Virus record (IMG/VR): IMGVR_UViG_3300008450_000048
Span: 1-56,390 of that record
DNA length: 56,390 nucleotides
Origin: a virus
Taxonomy: Duplodnaviria; Caudoviricetes
Strand: one strand, 5' to 3'
Part shown: piece by piece, positions 9,692 through 19,330 of the stretch
How positions within the stretch are numbered: the first letter of the stretch is position 1
How the letters are laid out: every line of letters begins with the position of its first letter
Position numbers and translations under genes: made by a program
Notes under the pieces: model-generated
Told to the model about the DNA's origin: nothing
The model's input: only the letters and a program-made list of their open reading frames with translations
The model's database searches: none

Positions 9692-10744
9692 TTACAAAGC
9701 AGAGCAGGCGCTTTCAATGCGAACCATCCAGTTTTCATTGAGACGGATCGCGTTCTTATAGAAGTTGGCGCCCACGTACCCGAACATGCCCATTGGGTTG
9801 GCGTGAGTGATTTGCTTTGCCGGCAGGTAGATCGGCTGAATGGCGTTCATGCCCTTCAGTGCAACCTGACCCCAAGCTTCTTGCGCGATCACCATGGTCG
9901 GATACACGTCTGCAGTGGTGCCAGTCGTGCCGCCGTTCGACAGGAAAGCGCCCGCAGTGACCGTGCCGCCTGCAGCCAGGAAAGGCTTGAAGTACGGCGA
10001 GGTGATGATGCGGAAGTTTTCAATCGTGCCGATCTCGCGCTCATGCACAGGCTTTTGCGCACCGTAGCGAGCAACCGGAACAAACACGTTCTGGCTGTTG
10101 ACAGTCAGACTACGAATGTCAGCTTCCATGTCGGTGTGGATGAACACCAGGTAGCCTGGTTCGATCGCGCTGGTGTTGAAGTTCACCGACGAAGCAAGCT
10201 TCTCGGTGACCATCTGAGCGTGTGCGTTTTCGAGCTGACGGCGAGCCTGGCGCAGCTTGTTTACGCTGATGCCGGTGTTGACCGAAGCGCGAGCTGTGCC
10301 GTTGGAGTACACGACGTTGGTGCCGCCGCGGACTACACCGTAGGAGATCAGCTCTTCGATCGATGCCATGTGCTCACCGACCAGCTTGACCATGTCGCCG
10401 GGGATGTCGTCCTCGTACATGTTCTCAGCCTTGCTCGAGAGCTTCATCAGAACGCCGTACTGCTGCAGGGTGACCTGCACGTCCTGATAAGCGATCGTGC
10501 GCGAGCCAGGAGTCACACCTTCCTGCAGCAGGTAGTTGCTGGCAGTGATGTTCGGTGCGCCGTTGGAGCCAGCGTCGATCGGCAGAGCGCGACGGAACAC
10601 AACGGTGTCAGTCTTGTTCTGCGGGATTTGTTTCTGGGTGCCGAAGGTGCTCAGCACTTTGATAGGCATGGCGTGCTTGAGCATCTCACGCTCAGCCATG
10701 ATGAGGTTCCGCGAGGGAACGAGCGAATAAGTTTGCATGATCAA
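9692..10744 (-). CDS. Major capsid protein, N4 gp56-like family
   Basis: IPQNKTDTVVFRR, LQEGVTP, LQQYG, EIGTIENFRII and NPMGMFGYVG motifs; follows the scaffold gene. Confidence 0.9.
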   Translation of the reverse strand: MIMQTYSLVPSRNLIMAEREMLKHAMPIKVLSTFGTQKQIPQNKTDTVVFRRALPIDAGSNGAPNITASNYLLQEGVTPGSRTIAYQDVQVTLQQYGVLMKLSSKAENMYEDDIPGDMVKLVGEHMASIEELISYGVVRGGTNVVYSNGTARASVNTGISVNKLRQARRQLENAHAQMVTEKLASSVNFNTSAIEPGYLVFIHTDMEADIRSLTVNSQNVFVPVARYGAQKPVHEREIGTIENFRIITSPYFKPFLAAGGTVTAGAFLSNGGTTGTTADVYPTMVIAQEAWGQVALKGMNAIQPIYLPAKQITHANPMGMFGYVGANFYKNAIRLNENWMVRIESACSAL

Positions 10745-11619
10745 TTACCTTTCTGTCGATCAAGTTCGTCTAGATAGCGCCAGTACTCTTCGGGCGACAT
10801 ATCCTCTACGGCTTTCTGACGGACGTTGCCACCAGATCGGCCTGAAGGAATTGCCGCTGCAGAGCTAAGGCGCTGCGTTCTTTGCGACGACACCGACTTC
10901 ATGGCTTCGGCGTGCAGATCAAGCAGGCGGACCGCATCTTGCGGGCTTTCGCTCGCCGCAAGCATCTGCACTTCTCGAGGCTGGCGTTGCATCCAGCCCA
11001 TGAATTCGGGCGTCCTCACACGATCTTGCCAACCCGGATGCCGAATCTCGACTGCCATTTCGCTACGCATGCGTGCGAGTTCTTCTGCCGTGACACCGGG
11101 CTGCTGCATTTGCGGTTGCGGCATCGCTGCCTTGATCGCCTGCAGCTGCTCGTTCAAAGCAGCTTCCATCGCCTCTGCGAACTCTGGGTAGTCGCGCTTC
11201 AAAGACTCCATCGCCTTGGGGTTGCTCTGCGCTTCCCGGATCTCTCCGGCGGTTGGCGCTTCGCCGCCCTTCGCTGAGACCTGTTGAGCCGCCTGAAGCT
11301 GCTGCTTCAGTTGGCTGCCCAGACCTCCGATGTGGCCTTCTGCATTTCTAAGACGTTGCGTGACCTGGGTCAGCATCGTCTCAAGCCCAGCAATCTTGTC
11401 CAACAAAACAGACTCACTCGTCGGCGCCGCCTCTTCACCGCCATCAGCAGCATCGGCCTGATCGGCGGGTGCTTGGTCGGTGGGGTCGGCCGGAGTTGAA
11501 TCGTTTGCCGGCGGGTCTTCTTTCGCTTGGCGTGGGGCTTTGCCCGACTCCTCAGCATCCAGTTGATCCCAGATTTTCTGTGCTTCTTCTTGCGGGTTAA
11601 CTTGTTCCTGTGCGTTCAT
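10741..11619 (-). CDS. Capsid scaffolding protein
   Basis: Acidic disordered N-terminus, coiled coil, C-terminal EDMSPEEYWRY; overlaps the capsid gene start. Confidence 0.75.
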   Translation of the reverse strand: MNAQEQVNPQEEAQKIWDQLDAEESGKAPRQAKEDPPANDSTPADPTDQAPADQADAADGGEEAAPTSESVLLDKIAGLETMLTQVTQRLRNAEGHIGGLGSQLKQQLQAAQQVSAKGGEAPTAGEIREAQSNPKAMESLKRDYPEFAEAMEAALNEQLQAIKAAMPQPQMQQPGVTAEELARMRSEMAVEIRHPGWQDRVRTPEFMGWMQRQPREVQMLAASESPQDAVRLLDLHAEAMKSVSSQRTQRLSSAAAIPSGRSGGNVRQKAVEDMSPEEYWRYLDELDRQKGN

Positions 11620-11646
11620 AAAAGTTTTGTCTCACTTCGGTGTTGG

Positions 11647-11886
11647 TCATTGCTGACCATCTTCATCAACGCCGGCGAGTTCGTCGGGGTTGATCGCGGG
11701 ACTCAGGCTGGCCTCTTCGGCCAGGCTGAGAATTTTGTTCAGCTCACTGATCCCACCGCGAATCAGGGCTGTCTGTTCTATGCCGTACGACGGGTTGTCG
11801 TTCAGCTTTCGAAGCTCATCCACACGGTCCTGGATGTGTTTCGAAAGCCGCTTCCATGTTGCTGATCGGAAGTCCTCGGGTCGCAT
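11647..11886 (-). CDS. Small head-morphogenesis-region protein
   Basis: 79-aa helical protein between portal and scaffold genes. Confidence 0.65.
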   Translation of the reverse strand: MRPEDFRSATWKRLSKHIQDRVDELRKLNDNPSYGIEQTALIRGGISELNKILSLAEEASLSPAINPDELAGVDEDGQQ

Positions 11887-11896
11887 TCAATCTTTC

Positions 11897-11930
11897 AAAA
11901 AGGAAAGGGCCGCCGGTTGGGCAGCCCTTT
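11897..11930 (-). terminator. Intrinsic terminator in the leader of the capsid operon
   Basis: AAAGGGCTGCC-CAACC-GGCGGCCCTTT followed by CCTTTTT. Confidence 0.7.
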
Positions 11931-11990
11931 TAAATTTCACACTTCGGAGAGGAGAAACGGGGAATGTCCAGAGACACTGCCCCGCGGGTG

Positions 11991-12019
11991 ATACTACAGC
12001 ATTGTGATAGCAGGTGCAA
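11991..12019 (-). promoter_or_regulatory. Sigma70-type late promoter (capsid operon)
   Basis: TTGCAC-17 nt-TAGTAT with TATCACAATG in the spacer. Confidence 0.65.
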
Positions 12020-12023
12020 CACC

Positions 12024-14261
12024 TTAGATCCCCGATCCTTGACGAACCTTGATGGCGGCCTCCGCATTGAAGATCTGCCGGGAGTTGTCGATCTTCAACA
12101 TCTCCAAACGCTCCTTGGCGGCCAGCTGCTCACGGGTCAGCTGCGCGTCCTGCCCCAGCTTCGTGAGCGCCAGATCCCGTTCCATGGCGCTGTCGGTCAT
12201 GGCGATCTCGTACTCGGCCTGCTCGCGCTGCGCGTTGTAGGCCAGGCTCTGAGACTTCAGATTCATCTCGGCCGTGTTGCGCTGCAACTCAAAATCGCGC
12301 TGCGCCTGGCGGTCCTGCAGCTCGAGCTGTTTGGCTTCCATGTTCATCTGCGCTGCCACGATCCGCGGATCCTGCGGTGCGCCCTGCTCGGCCTGTGCCT
12401 GCTGCTCCTGCGCCACCACGTCCTCCGGCTTCATGATCTCTTCAGGGTTCACGCGGAACGCCTTTAGGATCGCCTTCAGCTCCTCGCGCTCCTTCAAGTG
12501 CGGCGTGTAGCGCGGGTTGTTGGTGATGTTCGCCAGGTTCAGCAGCGCCTGGTTTTGGATGTCGCGCTCGATCAGCGCCGTGCTGCCGCGGGCATCGATT
12601 TCAAAGTCGCCCTTGATCGCAGGATCTGGATCGCTCGACATCTTCCAGTCGTAGTACCTGCCGATGTGCGGACGGGTGATCGAATCGTCGTACAGCTTCA
12701 CTCGCTGGCGCAGGACGGCATTGGCATTGTTATACAACATGACCATCCCGCCGACGGTCTCCGGCGCACTGCCCTGCTCGCCGCCCATGATCTGCGGCAT
12801 CGACGACTCCACGTCCGCAAACTGCATCGCGGCCTGCGCAATCGCCAGCAGCTCTTGCAGGTGGCTGTTGAACTCAAACACGCTGAACGCCTGGCGCACG
12901 TCAGCCATGTCGTCCTTGGCCAGCCAGATCTTGTTCGGCGTGATCTCCCACGAATTGTTCTGCGGGATGACCATGCCCTTCTTCATCACAATCTGGCCAC
13001 CGAGCGACGTGCGGCCGTTGTCCATCACCTGCCGCCATGCTGCGTTAACTACCCGCTGCTGGCTCTCCAGCTCGTCCGGCAGGCCGTAGCCGTAGGGGCT
13101 GCTGTCGCTCTTGCGCCAGCACCACACGTCCACCGGCAGGGTTTTGTCAGCGACCCAAGAATCCATCGCACCGATGACCTTGTCGTTGACGATCACCAGC
13201 ACGCCGAACGTCACGTCGGTCAACGGATCGCCCGTGCGAGATGACAGCATCTCCATCTCTTCCGGCTCAATCTCGCCGTGGTACGTCCACATCTCATAGC
13301 TGTCTTCTTTGATCGTGTCACGCAACACGCGACCCTCAGCCAGCCGCACGCGGTTCGGCTTTTCTCTCAGCACCTCGCGAATGACCTCGGTATCAAAGCC
13401 CGGCAGGCCGACGAGCTGTCGCAGTTCCTTGCGCGTCACATTGCGACGATAGAAAAATCCGCGGCCGCGCTGGTGATCATTGCCGCACGAAGGGTCGAAG
13501 AAAACATCCCACGGATCCAGGCGCATCGATGCCGGGACAATCGTCTCGTTGATCTGCAGCACCTGCGTGCCGTCCGGCTGCGGTAGCCAGACCTTGCTGG
13601 TCTGACGCGCAGGGAACGGGCCGTACATGACCATCGTGCCCAGCCGTATGCCGTCTTCAATGCCCTTGCGGCTCTCGCCGTTGTACTTGCACTCGGTCAG
13701 ACTGTCGTCGATCGACCGCTCCATGGCAGTCGCGGCTTCCTTCGCAGCCTGCATCACCACCTGTGCTTCTTCGTTGGCGGTCATGCCAGTCGGCTCGCCG
13801 GTCGTCGGATCAATGGTCTCGGCGTTGTTGCCGACCATGTCTGCCAAGTCTGGCAGTGGCGTTGGTTTCAGACCCCAGTTGCGATCGTCGACGGGGAACA
13901 GGATCTCGCACATGCGCGCGACCGCCTGGTCGACCTTCGGTCGTACGATGTTGATCACCACTCGAGAGCGGTTACCGTCTTGCGCCTTGCGCGCCGGCGG
14001 TCCGTTCTTCAACGTGTTCTCGAATTCGCTCGGGTTTGCCTCGCCACGGTCACCAAAGTACAGCTGGCTGTTGCGGCGCCAACGCTTCTCCACATCCGAC
14101 GTGCCGCGATGCTGGACCCACTCGTCGCGCATCTTGGTGAACATGCCGTGCAGCTTTTCAATTTCTTGACGCTGATGATGTTCGTACTGCTCTGGCGTCA
14201 TCAGCTCTTCGCCGACCATAACGGCCATGTCTTCTGGGATTTCTTTGGCATTCATTTGCAA
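12024..14261 (-). CDS. Portal protein
   Basis: 745 aa directly after TerL; INIVRPKV, PWDVFFDP, YGYGLP, ETVGG, IKGDFEIDARG motifs; coiled-coil C-terminal region. Confidence 0.9.
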   Translation of the reverse strand: MQMNAKEIPEDMAVMVGEELMTPEQYEHHQRQEIEKLHGMFTKMRDEWVQHRGTSDVEKRWRRNSQLYFGDRGEANPSEFENTLKNGPPARKAQDGNRSRVVINIVRPKVDQAVARMCEILFPVDDRNWGLKPTPLPDLADMVGNNAETIDPTTGEPTGMTANEEAQVVMQAAKEAATAMERSIDDSLTECKYNGESRKGIEDGIRLGTMVMYGPFPARQTSKVWLPQPDGTQVLQINETIVPASMRLDPWDVFFDPSCGNDHQRGRGFFYRRNVTRKELRQLVGLPGFDTEVIREVLREKPNRVRLAEGRVLRDTIKEDSYEMWTYHGEIEPEEMEMLSSRTGDPLTDVTFGVLVIVNDKVIGAMDSWVADKTLPVDVWCWRKSDSSPYGYGLPDELESQQRVVNAAWRQVMDNGRTSLGGQIVMKKGMVIPQNNSWEITPNKIWLAKDDMADVRQAFSVFEFNSHLQELLAIAQAAMQFADVESSMPQIMGGEQGSAPETVGGMVMLYNNANAVLRQRVKLYDDSITRPHIGRYYDWKMSSDPDPAIKGDFEIDARGSTALIERDIQNQALLNLANITNNPRYTPHLKEREELKAILKAFRVNPEEIMKPEDVVAQEQQAQAEQGAPQDPRIVAAQMNMEAKQLELQDRQAQRDFELQRNTAEMNLKSQSLAYNAQREQAEYEIAMTDSAMERDLALTKLGQDAQLTREQLAAKERLEMLKIDNSRQIFNAEAAIKVRQGSGI

Positions 14262-14270
14262 TTCCTTTGA

Positions 14271-15764
14271 TCAATAGCCTGTGACTTCGTCCAGGGCAGC
14301 CCACACCGTCTCAGCGCCAGCCGGCATCGTGTTCCACGTTTCATCTTCATCTGGCCACGGCAGCGTCAAGCTCGGCTCGTCTAATCGCGCCAAACAGTCC
14401 ATGCCGTCATCGAACCGACCGACTGGGAACGTGGCGTACTCCACATCCAGCAGCTCTTGAATCAGCTCGTGCTGGTGGCCCTGCACATCCACGTAGTTGA
14501 GCGACTGCGGCATCCAAATGCGGCCGCCCTCGAACCACGGGATCAGGCGCCGGATGCGAGCGTTCTTCTCCACTGCACCGGCGACCTCAGTGATCTTGAA
14601 CCGGTACTGCCGGTGCTCCATCTCGTTTCTGATGTGCGATATGTCGCCCATCATTCCGTACCGCTCGTAGCGCACCTGCATCGGCTTGTGCTTCTTGTGC
14701 AGCTCGAAAAGTTTGTCCGCGCGCTGCGTCAACGTCAGCCGGTCAATGATCCCGTCAACGATGAATGCGTTGCCGTCGGCCGCAAGCCCCACCACCCACA
14801 TGACCGTGCGATCGCTGCGCTTGCGCTTGCCGGCCGACGTTTGCGGGTCGCCCGCCGGGTCGACCAGAATCACCTTGTTCATTTTCTTCGGCGCGTCGTT
14901 GTAGCGACAGATCCAGCTGCGCTTGAACTCCGCACCCTCGGCTGGCCGTGGCTCCTGCTGGTACAGCGAGATCCATGACCGCGGATCAGACTGCGCCTGG
15001 CGCACCATCTCATCCGTAAACCATTCTTTCCACAGCCGCTCGCCTGGCTCACGGCCCAGCGGGTCGTTGTCGCTTGCAACCATCGGCAGCTTGATGACCT
15101 CCCACCGCTGCGGCTCGCGCTCGAGCAGGCGGCCGGCCAGATCGTCCTCATGCCAGCGGGTCATGATCACCACGATCCGGCCACCCGGCTTCAGACGGGT
15201 CAGCAGATCGTTCGTCCACCACTCCCAAGTCTTCTCGCGCACGCGCTCGGAGTCCGCGTCCTCGCGGCTGCGCACCGGGTCGTCGACCACGATCAGGTCG
15301 CCGCGGCGGCCGGTAACGGATCCACCGACACCGACTGCCGTGTACTCACCACCGTGGTTAGTTCCCCACCGGCCGGCGGCCGTGCTGTCAGCGGCCAGCG
15401 TCACCTGCGGAAACAGCGCCTTGAACTCGACATCGTCCACGCCATTGCGCACCCGGCGGCCGAATCGCTCGGCCAGCTCGGCGGTGTGCGACGCCGCGAT
15501 CACCGACAGCTGCGGGTTGCGGCCAACAAAGTATTCGGGAAAGTAGACGCTGCCGTAGGTGGACTTCGCCGATCCTGGCGGCATCATCACCAGCAGCCGA
15601 TCGCATTCGCCCTTTTCGACCTTGTCCAGCGCGTTCGTCAGCAGGACGTGGTGCGGCGCCAGGCTCATGTCCTCCGGCAGGCGGTACGTGCAGTAGTGCG
15701 GGAACGACTCCCGCGCCTTGCGCCGGGAGAGCAGTTCGTTGGCGGCTTCGGCCGGCGCGATCAA
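14271..15764 (-). CDS. terL: Terminase large subunit
   Basis: MPPGSAKST Walker A-like motif, GRRGDLIVVDDP, MTRWHEDDL, LYQQEP, RNase H-like VDPAG...DD. Confidence 0.95.
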   Translation of the reverse strand: MIAPAEAANELLSRRKARESFPHYCTYRLPEDMSLAPHHVLLTNALDKVEKGECDRLLVMMPPGSAKSTYGSVYFPEYFVGRNPQLSVIAASHTAELAERFGRRVRNGVDDVEFKALFPQVTLAADSTAAGRWGTNHGGEYTAVGVGGSVTGRRGDLIVVDDPVRSREDADSERVREKTWEWWTNDLLTRLKPGGRIVVIMTRWHEDDLAGRLLEREPQRWEVIKLPMVASDNDPLGREPGERLWKEWFTDEMVRQAQSDPRSWISLYQQEPRPAEGAEFKRSWICRYNDAPKKMNKVILVDPAGDPQTSAGKRKRSDRTVMWVVGLAADGNAFIVDGIIDRLTLTQRADKLFELHKKHKPMQVRYERYGMMGDISHIRNEMEHRQYRFKITEVAGAVEKNARIRRLIPWFEGGRIWMPQSLNYVDVQGHQHELIQELLDVEYATFPVGRFDDGMDCLARLDEPSLTLPWPDEDETWNTMPAGAETVWAALDEVTGY

Positions 15765-16108
15765 TCTTTGTCCTCCGGCATAACGCCCTGCTCGTCGGGT
15801 CCAGCAAACGGACTCAAGCCAGCAGCCAGGCGCTTCTGCGCATGGAATACCGCCTTGCCGACGATCGCATCGGTTGGCTCGCCGTCCTCGAGCAAGTGCC
15901 GGATCTCGGCCTTGGTCAGGCCCGGCACCAAGAGCGGGATCTCCAACTCCTTGCCGTCGATGTTCACGCCGACCGACAGCTCGGTGGAGATGTCGCCATC
16001 GGGACGCTTCAACGCGCCAAAGAATCCCATGCCTTTCGGCGTGCCGTCAGTGCGGTTGCCGAAGTTCGCCGGATCGACCGGCATCTGATCTGCGACTAGC
16101 CCTGGCAT
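15761..16108 (-). CDS. Hypothetical protein between terS and terL
   Basis: Translationally coupled to both neighbours; GGAGG RBS. Confidence 0.7.
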   Translation of the reverse strand: MPGLVADQMPVDPANFGNRTDGTPKGMGFFGALKRPDGDISTELSVGVNIDGKELEIPLLVPGLTKAEIRHLLEDGEPTDAIVGKAVFHAQKRLAAGLSPFAGPDEQGVMPEDKD

Positions 16109-16599
16109 TACGCGCCCTCCTGCATGCCCTTGGCAGCGATCGCCAGCAGCTCATCGTCCGTCATGGCCAAGAGCTTGATCGGACCGCCGCCTTGCCCCGT
16201 GTGCTCGATCGTCGCCTTGTCGTTGTAGGCGGCGTTCAGCTTCGCAGCGATCTTCATGTTCGTGTCGATCGCCACCTTCAGCCCGGCTGCATCGCCCTGC
16301 GCCGCCGCCTGGCGGCCGTAGTCCAGCGACGCCTCGATCAGGTTGTGCGAGCGCAGGATGTTCGCGTTCGCGTACGTCTCGCGGGTCTCCTCCGACTCCA
16401 TCAGGATCTGGCGCAGTTTCCAGCCGGCAATCTTGAACTTCAGGGTATCGGCAATCGACTGGAAGGATTCGCCCCACACGTAGCGGTCAAAGACCTCGTC
16501 GGCGACGGCCAAGACCTCGGCCTTCAGCTCGTCTGCGGCTTTACGCTTTGGCTCGACGTGCAGCGCCGGGCCGATGTTGGTGGGTCTGCCTTTCTTCAT
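16108..16599 (-). CDS. terS: Terminase small subunit (Sf6-like)
   Basis: N-terminal GRPT, GESFQSIA HTH, IDTNMKIAAKL, EHTGQGGGPI tail. Confidence 0.8.
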   Translation of the reverse strand: MKKGRPTNIGPALHVEPKRKAADELKAEVLAVADEVFDRYVWGESFQSIADTLKFKIAGWKLRQILMESEETRETYANANILRSHNLIEASLDYGRQAAAQGDAAGLKVAIDTNMKIAAKLNAAYNDKATIEHTGQGGGPIKLLAMTDDELLAIAAKGMQEGA

Positions 16600-16600
16600 G

Positions 16601-16855
16601 TCACCACTTCACTTTGTTGGCCCAGTACGCCGCAGACATCTTGCCTTTGGCAATGTTGTCGGCGTGACGGGCTTTAAATGATTCGTTTCGCTTCGTGCCC
16701 TCGGGCGAACCTTTGACGCCCTGCTGGCCGAAGCGGATCAGCTTCACGTCGTCGCCGGACTTGGCCAGCACGACGTGCGATTTAGTCGGATGGCTGGGCG
16801 TGCGCTTCGGGCTGTTGTAGCCGGAGAACTCCATGCCGCGGTAAATGATGCCCAT
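16601..16855 (-). CDS. Small basic phage protein
   Basis: Start reassigned to ATG 16855; KLIRFGQQG...SFKARH...SAAYWA motif. Confidence 0.75.
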   Translation of the reverse strand: MGIIYRGMEFSGYNSPKRTPSHPTKSHVVLAKSGDDVKLIRFGQQGVKGSPEGTKRNESFKARHADNIAKGKMSAAYWANKVKW

Positions 16856-16862
16856 GATCAGC

Positions 16863-17036
16863 TCACTTTCTCGCGGTCTTGGCCGCAGCCTTGAAGTCGG
16901 ATTCCGACGGCGCGCCCTTGGACCCAGGCTTGCGCATCTTCTCGCCGCTGCCTGCCTTGATCCGCTCACGCTTTCGATGAATGTTGGCGTACAGGCCCTG
17001 CGATGCTGCCCTGCCAATGATTCCTCTGCCGTCCAT
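16863..17036 (-). CDS. Small basic phage protein
   Basis: GLYANIHRKRERIKAGSGEKMRKPGSKGAP; GGAG 6 nt before ATG 17036. Confidence 0.7.
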   Translation of the reverse strand: MDGRGIIGRAASQGLYANIHRKRERIKAGSGEKMRKPGSKGAPSESDFKAAAKTARK

Positions 17037-17123
17037 CACCATCTCCGAAAAGGGTGGCCCCGCGATCTCCAACTTTCGTGGGAGACAGTTTCACTACGGT
17101 CAGAGCCGGGGGCCGTAGATACG

Positions 17124-17149
17124 AAAAAAGCCCGCAGATGCGAGCTTTT
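17124..17149 (-). terminator. Intrinsic terminator in the leader of the terminase operon
   Basis: AAGCTCGC-ATCT-GCGGGCTT followed by TTTT. Confidence 0.75.
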
Positions 17150-17173
17150 CCGGGGCGCACTGCCCCGCCGGGG

Positions 17174-17202
17174 AATTTACACCAATGTGATACTTCGGTC
17201 AA
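17174..17202 (-). promoter_or_regulatory. Sigma70-type late promoter (terminase operon)
   Basis: TTGACC-17 nt-TAAATT with TATCACATTG in the spacer. Confidence 0.7.
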
Positions 17203-17480
17203 TCGTCGATCGTTTGCGGCAGGCGCTGCAGTCCCTGACGGGTGCAGAGCGCCAGAAAACGGATCGCCGCCTGGCACGCCTCGCGGTTGCTGGCGATGCC
17301 CCACTCCTTGCGGATGTACAGGATCGATGCCGACACGTCAGCGTCAAGAGCAAGCTGCAGCTGCCGCGTGCCCCGGTTCCTGCGCACCTTCTGCTGCCGC
17401 TCGGCGTCCGTCATCGCGTGCGGCTTGCGCGAGCGGAAGCCCATCTTCTTTGGCAAGCCGTTGTCAGTCATGCTCACCAT
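17199..17480 (-). CDS. Putative small DNA-binding protein
   Basis: AMTDAERQQKVR motif followed by a possible ribbon-helix-helix-like segment. Confidence 0.55.
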   Translation of the reverse strand: MVSMTDNGLPKKMGFRSRKPHAMTDAERQQKVRRNRGTRQLQLALDADVSASILYIRKEWGIASNREACQAAIRFLALCTRQGLQRLPQTIDD

Positions 17481-17586
17481 CTTTCGACATCACACACAGC
17501 GACGCCAGCAGGATGCCAGCCGCCGCACCGATCAGCATTCCAACGATTAACATTCCCATGATTGCCTCGCGCAAGTATGTCAATGC

Positions 17587-17787
17587 TTATGCTGCCACTC
17601 GACGATACAGCGCGTCCATGAGCTTGGCCACATCCGCTGATCGGCCCGACTGGTTGGCGTAGATGCTGTCTGTCTTGCGTTCGATGCACATCCGGCAAAC
17701 CCATCTGGCGGTGTTGCGCAAGCGGCGCTTCTCTCCGGTGCTGCCGTCGCGCATAGCCTGGCAGCTGGTGCAGAACTTTTGGCTCAT
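17587..17787 (-). CDS. Zn-finger hypothetical protein
   Basis: CTSC...WVCRMC; AAGGAG RBS before ATG 17787. Confidence 0.65.
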   Translation of the reverse strand: MSQKFCTSCQAMRDGSTGEKRRLRNTARWVCRMCIERKTDSIYANQSGRSADVAKLMDALYRRVAA

Positions 17788-18347
17788 GTGTTTTTCTCCT
17801 TCAAGCTCACGCAAGTACCGCACAGTGCGCCATCGTCAGGCACGATACCGTCACCGCATGAGCAATAGACGCGCTGTGGCGGGGCGGTGCGTAGTTTGTC
17901 AATCCATTCTCTAGCTTCAGCGTCAAGTCTTTCCTGCGCTATTTCGTTAAAGCAGATGTACTGCTGCCAAAAGTCGGCGCAGTCATTCATCCACGCCACC
18001 GGCTCCGGTTCAGGTTGTGCAATACGCGCTGGTGTGACGTTCTTCAACGCCCAGTCAAGCCACTTAACGGGCGACATATCGTAATACCCATCAGGGCCGA
18101 CCGTAGAAAGCTCTTCACCTAATCGCATGGCTACGCTTTTCCATGCTGTGTTTGTCCATACGCTGGGGCCAAGCTGCGCTACTGACGCACCCGTGCTGTA
18201 GATATGCGTCACGCCCGATGGAGTCATCTTTAAGTCCCATCGCGAAAGTCTGGTGCGTAGCGCCTTCATCACATCAGCGCGATCGGTGGCGCGCCCCGAT
18301 TCAAAAGCGTCGAGTGCCTGCTCAAGCAGGTCGCGATCAGTCGTCAT
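17784..18347 (-). CDS. Hypothetical nin-region-like protein
   Basis: DLLEQALDA, QPEPEPVAW and LKEKNT motifs common in accessory genes of betaproteobacterial phages; coupled overlaps. Confidence 0.65.
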   Translation of the reverse strand: MTTDRDLLEQALDAFESGRATDRADVMKALRTRLSRWDLKMTPSGVTHIYSTGASVAQLGPSVWTNTAWKSVAMRLGEELSTVGPDGYYDMSPVKWLDWALKNVTPARIAQPEPEPVAWMNDCADFWQQYICFNEIAQERLDAEAREWIDKLRTAPPQRVYCSCGDGIVPDDGALCGTCVSLKEKNT

Positions 18348-18507
18348 CTTTCACCTCCCAGATCACTGTCGATCCCGGTGGCATTAACGCATCAGGATTG
18401 CATTCGCATGGCATGCCTGCGCCATCGCAGAAGATGCAGTTGTGAGCTTCTTTGTTCGGATGGTTCTCGCACACCCACAGCGTGCCGTTGCAGTTGGGGC
18501 AGGTCAT
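18337..18507 (-). CDS. Cys-rich hypothetical protein
   Basis: CPNCNGTLWVCENHP...GAGMPCECNP; GGAAG RBS. Confidence 0.65.
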   Translation of the reverse strand: MTCPNCNGTLWVCENHPNKEAHNCIFCDGAGMPCECNPDALMPPGSTVIWEVKDDD

Positions 18508-18710
18508 GATCTTCCTTCGGTCATTTTTTTCTTGATGCTCGCGGGGATCTTCGGCTTCGGACACCAGCCGAGACAGTCGTCGCTCCAGTTACCAATGATC
18601 AGCACGCCGCCAGGATTCAAGAGCAGCACGCTGGCATTGCGTGGTGGTGGATCGATGTCAGGATCACGGAACCACAGTGCGTCGGTGGTCGGGTGTAAAG
18701 GGTCGCTCAT
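18504..18710 (-). CDS. Hypothetical protein
   Basis: ATGA-coupled; PPP...VLLL...GNW...GWCPKP resembles DUF551-type small proteins. Confidence 0.6.
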   Translation of the reverse strand: MSDPLHPTTDALWFRDPDIDPPPRNASVLLLNPGGVLIIGNWSDDCLGWCPKPKIPASIKKKMTEGRS

Positions 18711-18804
18711 TCGTCCCCCATCATCAGCGTGATCCAGATCGCCATGCCGATTAGCAGCACCAGGCCGCCGGCTGCGATTAGTACGACGCCAAGAAACATA
18801 AGGG

Positions 18805-19116
18805 TCATGCTTGCATCTCCTTCATCAGGTATCGCAGCTCCACGGTCTGCGCTGCTTCGCGCAGCTTCGATACGTTGGTCTTCTTCATCACCTCAATCGC
18901 AATTGCAATGAACGTCTCGATCTCAGCGCGCTCTTCATCGCCCCAGCCGATCAAGCCTGCAATGGCAGACTGCATGCGCTCGTCTTTCAGCTTTGCCGCT
19001 CGCTCGACCAGGTACTCGAGATCCTCACGCGGGATGGCTGAGCGTTGCTGCAGCAGATCCGTCATGCGAGCGGCCTGCTCGGCAACGAAGTCAGCGTCGG
19101 GTCGTATGCGTCGCAT
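18805..19116 (-). CDS. Hypothetical protein
   Basis: Helical 103-aa ORF inside a packed operon. Confidence 0.6.
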   Translation of the reverse strand: MRRIRPDADFVAEQAARMTDLLQQRSAIPREDLEYLVERAAKLKDERMQSAIAGLIGWGDEERAEIETFIAIAIEVMKKTNVSKLREAAQTVELRYLMKEMQA

Positions 19117-19125
19117 CGTTAGCCT

Positions 19126-19320
19126 TCACAGACGGTGTTTGTTTCTGTTCTTCCGGCACCACTCGCGGTGCTCGGTGCTGAAGTCCGGGCTGATCTCAAC
19201 GAGCTGGCAAGAAGGCTTGTTCGGAACTTTGTCGAGCTGCGTTGCGAAGTACAGCGACCAACACGCGACTGCGGCCATGTACACGTACAGCAGCAGCTCT
19301 GTCGTCTTAATCTCTTTCAT
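19126..19320 (-). CDS. Hypothetical membrane-anchored protein
   Basis: N-terminal hydrophobic segment; CQLVEISPDF...WCR motif; GGGGAG RBS. Confidence 0.6.
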   Translation of the reverse strand: MKEIKTTELLLYVYMAAVACWSLYFATQLDKVPNKPSCQLVEISPDFSTEHREWCRKNRNKHRL

Positions 19321-19330
19321 TGACTCCCCT

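Noticed and set aside
8175-10777. Long plus-strand ORFs opposite structural genes (also 40729-42219, 49193-50236 and similar)
   Set aside because: Antisense shadows of GC-rich coding sequence; no RBS or protein-like features.
16856-17017. N-terminal extension of ORF 16601..17017
   Set aside because: It overlaps the better-supported 16863-17036 gene; the conserved-looking part starts at ATG 16855.
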